DNA of 64,000 nucleotides from Bacteroidota bacterium (GTDB taxonomy: Bacteria > Bacteroidota > Bacteroidia > Bacteroidales > WCHB1-69). The notes below the pieces were generated by a model, which was given only the letters and a program-made list of their open reading frames with translations, ran no database searches and was not told the DNA's origin. Of the stretch, positions 57,789-64,000 are shown one piece after another (position 1 is the first letter of the stretch; every line of letters begins with the position of its first letter). The translations under genes and the position numbers were made by a program. Where the stretch lies: contig JAKPTX010000117.1 of NCBI GenBank assembly GCA_029570835.1, positions 17,151 to 81,150 on the forward strand, in the 5' to 3' direction.

Positions 57789-58304
57789 ATGAAAACACAC
57801 ATTAAAATTCTGGGATTCTTAGTTGCCTTTTTGGCGGTAATCAGCATGACACAGGCACAAAAGTGTAAGTACGATTATCAGAAGACCGATGAAATAACAG
57901 GAAAAGCCCTTAAAGGGATCAGTACCGAATTGGATGGCGATTGGAAACTTACCTTGCATAAGGAAGATGAAAGTTATTGTTTGGAACTTCGTTTCGAAAA
58001 GATGGCCGGTCAATTGACTGAAGAGTTGGCAAAAGGAAGTCCGCTTGTACTAAAATTAGAAAATGGGGAGTTAATCAATTTAGTATCTAAAGAGAAGGTT
58101 ACACCCAGAGCCGAAGTAGCCGGATTTGTGGTGGTCATTGTTTATTATATTAAATATGATATTTCAGCTGAAGATGTTAAAAAAATGTCGGAACAGGCGT
58201 TGACTTTCGGAAGGATAGAAGTACAAAACACTACTTTTGACATCAGTGTGGAGAAAAAACCGGCGAAAAAATTTAAGCAAGCAGCTGTTTGTATTTTACA
58301 ATAA
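57789..58304 (+). CDS. Hypothetical secreted protein
   Basis: Signal peptide ending AQ; DEITG motif. Confidence 0.72.
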   Translation: MKTHIKILGFLVAFLAVISMTQAQKCKYDYQKTDEITGKALKGISTELDGDWKLTLHKEDESYCLELRFEKMAGQLTEELAKGSPLVLKLENGELINLVSKEKVTPRAEVAGFVVVIVYYIKYDISAEDVKKMSEQALTFGRIEVQNTTFDISVEKKPAKKFKQAAVCILQ

Positions 58305-58369
58305 TTATTTTATTTCTCCTGAAAATCAAGCTCAAATTGTAGACAAAAACTACAACTTTACAGCACAAA

Positions 58370-58401
58370 AAAAGGCAACAAACCGATGTCTGCTGCCTTT
58401 T
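58370..58401. terminator. Probable bidirectional terminator
   Basis: AAAAGGCA...TGCCTTTT between convergent genes. Confidence 0.6.
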
Positions 58402-58429
58402 CGTAGATTAGAGTATAAATCTGAGGGTT

Positions 58430-58792
58430 TTACTGATCTTCCATTTTAATCATATCACACAACATAGCCGGAACATTCACTTGTTCAACTTCTATTTTTT
58501 CTATCATGGTTAAGCCTTCATCGGTGAGTGAAAAGTTCATTCTTCGTTTGTCAGAGTGCCCTGATTCTCTTTTGATCAAACCTTTTTTCTCTACGGAAGT
58601 GATGATTTTGGAAGCATTTGAAGCCGTCACTCCCAACTCCTCAGCAATCTCTCCGGCAGTCAATACCCCTTTGGAAGAAACACTGCATAACAACATCCCC
58701 TCATTCATACTGAGATTGTAAGTCGCCTGGAATTGCTCTTCAAATTGTGCAATCGCCCGATAAATATCTCTAATTCTACATATTGTTCTCAT
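58430..58792 (-). CDS. MarR-family transcriptional regulator
   Basis: wHTH AGEIAEELGVTASNASKII, DKRR motif. Confidence 0.88.
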   Translation of the reverse strand: MRTICRIRDIYRAIAQFEEQFQATYNLSMNEGMLLCSVSSKGVLTAGEIAEELGVTASNASKIITSVEKKGLIKRESGHSDKRRMNFSLTDEGLTMIEKIEVEQVNVPAMLCDMIKMEDQ

Positions 58793-58818
58793 GTCAAAGA
58801 ATCCCTTATAAAATTGAT

Positions 58819-59184
58819 CTATTTTACTTTTAATACATCATTGATCACTTCAATCAACGTGTTTTTAGGTAATGCACCTTGTGCAATTTGTGGTTTGTCA
58901 TTCATCGGAATGAACAACAATGTCGGAATACTCTGAATACCAAATACTGCCGCTAACTCTTGCTCAGTTTCAGTATCCACTTTATAAACGTATATTTTTC
59001 CTTCATACTCTTTAGCCAACTCTTCCAATACGGGACCTACCATTTTGCATGGACCACACCAGTCAGCATAAAAATCGACTATGGCGGGTTTGTCACCTAA
59101 ATAGTTCCACTCATTGGGAGAGGTTTCGTAGTTTACCACTTTGGTTAAAAAGTCTGCTTTAGTTAATTGAATCGCTTTTTTCAT
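58819..59184 (-). CDS. trxA: Thioredoxin
   Basis: DFYADWCGPC, IQSIPT. Confidence 0.95.
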   Translation of the reverse strand: MKKAIQLTKADFLTKVVNYETSPNEWNYLGDKPAIVDFYADWCGPCKMVGPVLEELAKEYEGKIYVYKVDTETEQELAAVFGIQSIPTLLFIPMNDKPQIAQGALPKNTLIEVINDVLKVK

Positions 59185-59227
59185 TGTTTATTTTAATTTT
59201 AAAGGTTTTATATCATTTTTAATAAAT

Positions 59228-59485
59228 TTATTCAACATGATCTGTTGCTCCTGACTCTTCTTTTACTTTGGGTTTCTCTTTTTTGAAGAGACCAAAAAGC
59301 AACCCTCCGAACAACATCCCGTATAGCGTACTGCTGATAGGATTTGCAGTGATGGGACAAGCACCACTCGGACATCCAATGAAGTACCAATAAAGATAAC
59401 CTCCTATCGCTCCAACCGGAACTCCCCAAATGATCAGTCTGTTGTTCCTATAAAATTGTTTCAATCTCTCTTTCATTTCTCGCAT
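59228..59485 (-). CDS. DUF6132-like small membrane protein
   Basis: GAIGGYLYWYFIGCPSGACPIT motif; start at 59485 or 59476. Confidence 0.78.
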   Translation of the reverse strand: MREMKERLKQFYRNNRLIIWGVPVGAIGGYLYWYFIGCPSGACPITANPISSTLYGMLFGGLLFGLFKKEKPKVKEESGATDHVE

Positions 59486-59497
59486 TAATTTTGATGA

Positions 59498-59542
59498 CAA
59501 AAGTATATAAAAATTTCCAATGGAAACTATTTCCATCGGAAA
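59498..59542 (-). promoter_or_regulatory. Promoter (-7 TACTTTTG) with tandem palindromic operator TTTCC-N3-GGAAA x2
   Basis: CAAAAGTA at 59498-59505; palindromes at 59514-59526 and 59530-59542. Confidence 0.65.
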
Positions 59543-59621
59543 CTATTTGAGGATAAACAAACCTTAGGCAAATCGCTCTTCAGGTATTGTTTTGATTAAA
59601 TCAATAGGAGATATTGATGGT

Positions 59622-60422
59622 TTAGATGACCTCTTCCACCAATTTTTTCGCAAAATTTTCAAATTGTTTCACCACAATGGGGTCTGACTGGTTGAAAATG
59701 GTCATCCCTTTTTCTGCCATTTCACCCACTTCAGCAACCAGCGGAATTTGTCCCAAAAGAGGAACGCCTGCTTCTTCGGCTAACATTTGTCCGCCACCGC
59801 TTCCAAAAATGTAATATTTTTCTTCAGGGTGATTCAAAGGAGTAAACCAGGACATATTTTCAACAATTCCCAAAACGGGAACCTTAATATGGGGATCCAT
59901 CAACATGGAAACCGCTTTACGTGCGTCGTTTACTGCTACTTCCTGAGGTGTTGTTACCACAATAGCACCGGTAAGGTTCAATTTTTGCAGTGTTGTCAAT
60001 TGGATATCGCCTGTTCCGGGAGGGAAGTCTATAATCATATAATCGATTTCTCCCCACTCCGTATTTTCAAACAGCTGTGTTAAAGCACTTGCTGCCATGG
60101 GTCCTCTCCAGATCAGAGGTTTTTCCTTAGAAATAAAGAATCCGATTGAAATCATCTTCACACCAAATCTTTCCACAGGATGGAAAACCTCTTTTTCATC
60201 GATATAATCCACCTGAGGTTGATAATCTTCCACACCCATCATTCTGGGGATTGAAGGTCCGTATAAGTCGGCGTCAATCAAGCCCACTTTCATACCTTGT
60301 CTTGCCAACGCCACTGCTAAATTCACAGCAACTGTTGATTTACCTACGCCCCCTTTCCCGGATGCCACAACAATGGTGTTTTTCACACCTTTCATTTCAA
60401 TTTTAGGATTTAATAAGTCCAT
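59622..60422 (-). CDS. mrp: Mrp/NBP35 (ApbC) Fe-S cluster carrier ATPase
   Basis: SGKGGVGKST, DADLYGPS, WRGPM, DFPPGTGD, VENMS. Confidence 0.92.
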   Translation of the reverse strand: MDLLNPKIEMKGVKNTIVVASGKGGVGKSTVAVNLAVALARQGMKVGLIDADLYGPSIPRMMGVEDYQPQVDYIDEKEVFHPVERFGVKMISIGFFISKEKPLIWRGPMAASALTQLFENTEWGEIDYMIIDFPPGTGDIQLTTLQKLNLTGAIVVTTPQEVAVNDARKAVSMLMDPHIKVPVLGIVENMSWFTPLNHPEEKYYIFGSGGGQMLAEEAGVPLLGQIPLVAEVGEMAEKGMTIFNQSDPIVVKQFENFAKKLVEEVI

Positions 60423-60604
60423 ATAATGTGTATTTTATTATTAGTAATTTTAATTCCCGGCAAAAGTAATGAACATTTGTCAATGAAGTAGCATAAAAAG
60501 TCGAAAATTTTAAGTTTCCCTGTTTTTCCTAATTTATTTGTACCTTTGTTGTTTGTGCCAATCAGTGTCTCATTTTTATCTAACTATTTGCAAATCATTG
60601 ATGT

Positions 60605-63493
60605 ATGAATAGAAAACAGCAATTCTTTCTCCTTATTTTAACTGTAATGATCCCATTTTCTCTATTTTCTCAGACGGTAAACTCAACCAGTTGGGCTGAA
60701 AAACAGCTTCAAAAGATGAGTTTGGAAGAAAAAATTGCTCAATTGATGGTTATTCGGATTCATTCCAATCAGGATGAAAATTACAATCTGAAGAAGATCG
60801 AAGAGATTAAGCAATACCAACCCGGAGGAGTCTGTTTTTTTCAGGGTGGTCCGGTACGGGAGATCGCATTAACCAACCGGATTCAAGCTGTAAGCAAAGT
60901 TCCGCTGTTGATTTCTATGGATGCTGAGTGGGGTCCTTCCATGCGATTGGACAGCATGCCGGTTTTTCCACGCAATATGACTTTAGGTGCTTTGGCTCCC
61001 CAATATGACAACCTGATTTACCAAATGGGTAAACAGATTGGTCTAGAGTTAAGAACTTTGGGAATTCATGTCAATTATGCTCCGGTGGTGGATGTGAACA
61101 ACAATAATAAAAATCCGGTGATCAACAGCAGGTCCTTTGGAGAGCAGAAAAACAGAGTTGTTGTCAAAGGATTGGCATATATGCGGGGCTTACGCGACGG
61201 GGGTGCCGTGCCTTGTGCCAAGCATTTTCCCGGACATGGAGATACCGATGTGGACTCCCACCTGGGACTCCCCACTATTTTAAAATCCAGGAAAGAGTTG
61301 GATGAGACAGAACTGTATCCTTTCCGCGAAATGATTAATCAGAATGTGGAGATGATTATGGTCTCTCATTTGAATATTCCCGCACTGGATGATTCCGAAA
61401 ATTCGATTGCGTCGCTCTCCTACCCTATTGTTACCGATTTGCTCAAAAAGGAGATGCGTTTCAAAGGCATTGTCATATCGGATGGAATGGAGATGGATGG
61501 GATTCGCAAATATCACAAAGAGGGTGCTGAAGCGGAAATTCTCTGCTTAAAAGCCGGTGTTGATCAACTCTGTTTGCCTGCGGATTTGAGTATTGTGATT
61601 CCTGAAATTGCCAAAGCTGTTCGGGAAGGAATCATCTCTGAAAAAGAGATCAATGATAAATGTCTCAAGATTTTACAACTCAAAGAGCGTTTGGGATTGA
61701 CTCACTACACCCCACTATCAACTCAAGTAGAACATTTAGTGAACAACAAAGAGGCTGATGATTTAATCAAAGAGATTGAAACTAAAGCATTGACACTGCT
61801 TACTAATCAGGGAATTATTCCTCTGATTGACAAAACGGAAACAACCCTTTTAATTGTGGGAGATACCCAAACGATTCCATACAGTAAGAAAGTTGCTGAA
61901 GAGCAAAATCTACCCTATATTGAACTCAACAGAGAGTTTAAACCGAAAGAAGCAGATCAGGTTTTGCAATTCCTAAGTAACTATCAGGAGGTGATTGTGT
62001 TATACAGCAACACCAATCAAAACCCTGCCCGTCAATATGGAATTACGGAGCAAGCCGTACAATTGTTTGAAAAACTTGCCAAATCAAAAAAGGTTGTTTT
62101 AGCTCTTTTCGGTAATCCTTATGCATTGGAGCAATTCAAAAAAGTGGATCATTTCGAGGCTGTGATCATTGGATATCAACGTACGGAGAACAGCATCCGT
62201 GGTGCCGTTCAGGGAATTCTGGGGGAACTACCTTTTAAAGGATTACTTCCTGTTTCAACACTCCATTTTAAATCGGGAGAAAACTTTTATTCTCAAACTG
62301 CTTCGAAAGAGAATTTATCCCGGATTTCTCCTGTCAATGCGGCTTTGATTGACTCCATTGTAATAGACGGAATCCAGCGAAATATCTATCCCGGATGCCA
62401 GGTGATGGTAGTCAAAAGTGGAGAAACCGTGTTCAAGAAAAGTTATGGCACTTTAGATGGAGATCCGGCACATCCGGTTGAAGAGAACACCCTTTATGAT
62501 ATCGCTTCCATCACCAAGATTGCTTCTACCACATTGGCTGTCATGAAGTTATATGAGGAGGGGAAGATCAAGCTACGTCACCATGTGGAGGAATATCTTC
62601 CATTTTATGAAGATACTCCTGTTGGAAAAACAAGAATTGAAGAACTGCTCACACACACTTCCGGTTTACCGGCTTACATTCCTTTTCATCAACTGTTGAA
62701 AAGCGACAGCATGCGCTATCTCTACCTTAATGATATTTCCAACGAACGTTTTAATGTTCCGGTTGCAAAAAATCTTTTTGTAAGTTCCGATTTTCAGCAA
62801 TGGATTAGAAATGAGATCAAAAACTGCAAATTGAACAAACAAAGATATGTATACAGTGATTTGGGGTTCATTTTACTCTGTGACATCATTGAAAAGATCT
62901 CCGGAGAATCATTAGACAGATACGTAAAAAAACATTTCTACATCCCTTTGGGCATGCACAACACTTGTTATAATCCGTTATTGCAAGGGGTTTATGAGCA
63001 AAGGATTGCACCTACCGAAAATGATACGTTGTTCCGGATGCAATTGGTTCGGGGCTACGTTCATGATCAAAATTGTGCATTGATGGGTGGCGTTTGCGGA
63101 CATGCCGGTATTTTTTCAACCACAGAAGATCTGGCAATCCTTTTTCAAATGTTACAGCAAGAGGGAAAATATAATGGTAAAACCTACTTCAAAAAATCAA
63201 CCGTAAAACTCTTCACATCTCCTTATGAGATTCATCGCACTTCTATTCGAGGTTTAGGTTTTTACACACCCAATGCGGAGGAAAAGAGTTCTATTCTTCC
63301 TGTTCAAGCCGGTGCTCAAACTTATGGACATCAAGGATTTACCGGAACAGTGATTTGGAGTGATCCTGATGCAGAGTTGATTTACATTTTTCTTTCCAAT
63401 CGAGTTTACCCCAATGCTGAGCCTAATCTTCTTTCTCAAAGCAAGATAAGACTCATTTTGCATGAAAAATTTTATGAATTTTTAACACAATAA
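60605..63493 (+). CDS. GH3 beta-N-acetylglucosaminidase fused to a serine hydrolase (beta-lactamase-like) domain
   Basis: KHFPGHGDTDVDSH; C-terminal ASITK, YSDLG, GHQGFTG. Confidence 0.92.
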   Translation: MNRKQQFFLLILTVMIPFSLFSQTVNSTSWAEKQLQKMSLEEKIAQLMVIRIHSNQDENYNLKKIEEIKQYQPGGVCFFQGGPVREIALTNRIQAVSKVPLLISMDAEWGPSMRLDSMPVFPRNMTLGALAPQYDNLIYQMGKQIGLELRTLGIHVNYAPVVDVNNNNKNPVINSRSFGEQKNRVVVKGLAYMRGLRDGGAVPCAKHFPGHGDTDVDSHLGLPTILKSRKELDETELYPFREMINQNVEMIMVSHLNIPALDDSENSIASLSYPIVTDLLKKEMRFKGIVISDGMEMDGIRKYHKEGAEAEILCLKAGVDQLCLPADLSIVIPEIAKAVREGIISEKEINDKCLKILQLKERLGLTHYTPLSTQVEHLVNNKEADDLIKEIETKALTLLTNQGIIPLIDKTETTLLIVGDTQTIPYSKKVAEEQNLPYIELNREFKPKEADQVLQFLSNYQEVIVLYSNTNQNPARQYGITEQAVQLFEKLAKSKKVVLALFGNPYALEQFKKVDHFEAVIIGYQRTENSIRGAVQGILGELPFKGLLPVSTLHFKSGENFYSQTASKENLSRISPVNAALIDSIVIDGIQRNIYPGCQVMVVKSGETVFKKSYGTLDGDPAHPVEENTLYDIASITKIASTTLAVMKLYEEGKIKLRHHVEEYLPFYEDTPVGKTRIEELLTHTSGLPAYIPFHQLLKSDSMRYLYLNDISNERFNVPVAKNLFVSSDFQQWIRNEIKNCKLNKQRYVYSDLGFILLCDIIEKISGESLDRYVKKHFYIPLGMHNTCYNPLLQGVYEQRIAPTENDTLFRMQLVRGYVHDQNCALMGGVCGHAGIFSTTEDLAILFQMLQQEGKYNGKTYFKKSTVKLFTSPYEIHRTSIRGLGFYTPNAEEKSSILPVQAGAQTYGHQGFTGTVIWSDPDAELIYIFLSNRVYPNAEPNLLSQSKIRLILHEKFYEFLTQ

Positions 63494-63666
63494 GCTAAAA
63501 AATCCTATTATTTTGAACTTTAGTAACTTAAAATACAAAAAAACTGAATTTTGTGTTAAAAAATAGCGATTTTTTCCTTATCTTTGCAGGTTCAATTCAT
63601 TTTCAATAAATTGAAATAAAAAAACGAAAATATATTTATTAAATAATCAAATCAATATTAAAAATC

Positions 63667-64000
63667 ATGATGAAAAATTTAAAAAATTTACTTTTCATAA
63701 GTTTAGTAGCACTTTTGGTAGCTAGCTGCGGATTTGGTAAAATGGTGCCCAAATCACAAGTGCAAATGAAACTTGAAAACCAGGATTTAGAAAACAAGGG
63801 TGGCAAGGTTGAATATACAGTAAAAGGTACTGTTCCCCCTAAATTTCTTAAAAAGAGAGCATCTATGGATATTCAAGTTCCCGTTTTAATGACTGATGCT
63901 GACGGAAAAACCAAAGAAGTAATTAAAACAGTTAAACTTGTAGGACAAAAATCCAAAGAAGAAGGTGTTCGTATTCCATATAAAACCGGTGGTTCTTTTA
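63667..64000 (+). CDS. Lipoprotein (3'-truncated by window edge)
   Basis: MMKNLKNLLFISLVALLVASC lipobox; frame open to the window end. Confidence 0.75.
   Translation, partial: MMKNLKNLLFISLVALLVASCGFGKMVPKSQVQMKLENQDLENKGGKVEYTVKGTVPPKFLKKRASMDIQVPVLMTDADGKTKEVIKTVKLVGQKSKEEGVRIPYKTGGSF

Noticed and set aside
1-64000. tRNA, rRNA or riboswitch (for example a cobalamin riboswitch near nrdJ or the radical SAM gene, or a glycine riboswitch at gcvP/gcvH)
   Set aside because: No cloverleaf, rRNA-like stretch or recognisable riboswitch core seen by eye; an Infernal/Rfam scan would be needed to exclude them.

Overview
64-kb chromosomal window from a Bacteroidota bacterium, probably Bacteroidales. 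Evidence: TAnnTTTG -7 promoter boxes, no Shine-Dalgarno sites, a MurF-Alr fusion and T9SS-linked genes. Most of the window is housekeeping (murF-alr, capD-like, dtd, glmM, nrdJ, fabD, pyrH, frr, gcvH, gcvP, two tonB, nusB, yajC, coaE, tsaB, recG, rlmH, rfbB, upp, rlmD, trxA, mrp, GH3). The notable structure is non-coding. An accessory island at about 3.74-17.57 kb holds 15 co-oriented genes: a small-ORF plus ADP-ribosyltransferase-like pair, a BglII-like R-M system, four lipoproteins, a DUF2779 nuclease, two membrane proteins, an ECF sigma operon and a B12 radical SAM enzyme. This island and spots at about 21.8 kb and 56.1-57.8 kb are punctuated by composite intergenic mosaics built from shared, reshuffled modules. 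The modules are (i) seven copies of TTCCAGAGTGGGG-N30-CTGCCCCC plus a T-tract, with an exact 30-nt spacer (one copy carries a clean 46-nt insertion); (ii) several different 7-bp tandem repeats; (iii) GTAG-type REP-like and other hairpins; (iv) IHF-consensus sites; and (v) a promoter box facing the next gene. Inverted pairs of the bipartite motif bracket cargo genes twice. I found no integrase, transposase, RNA gene or CRISPR array in the window. All calls are by eye from sequence and translations; no searches were run.
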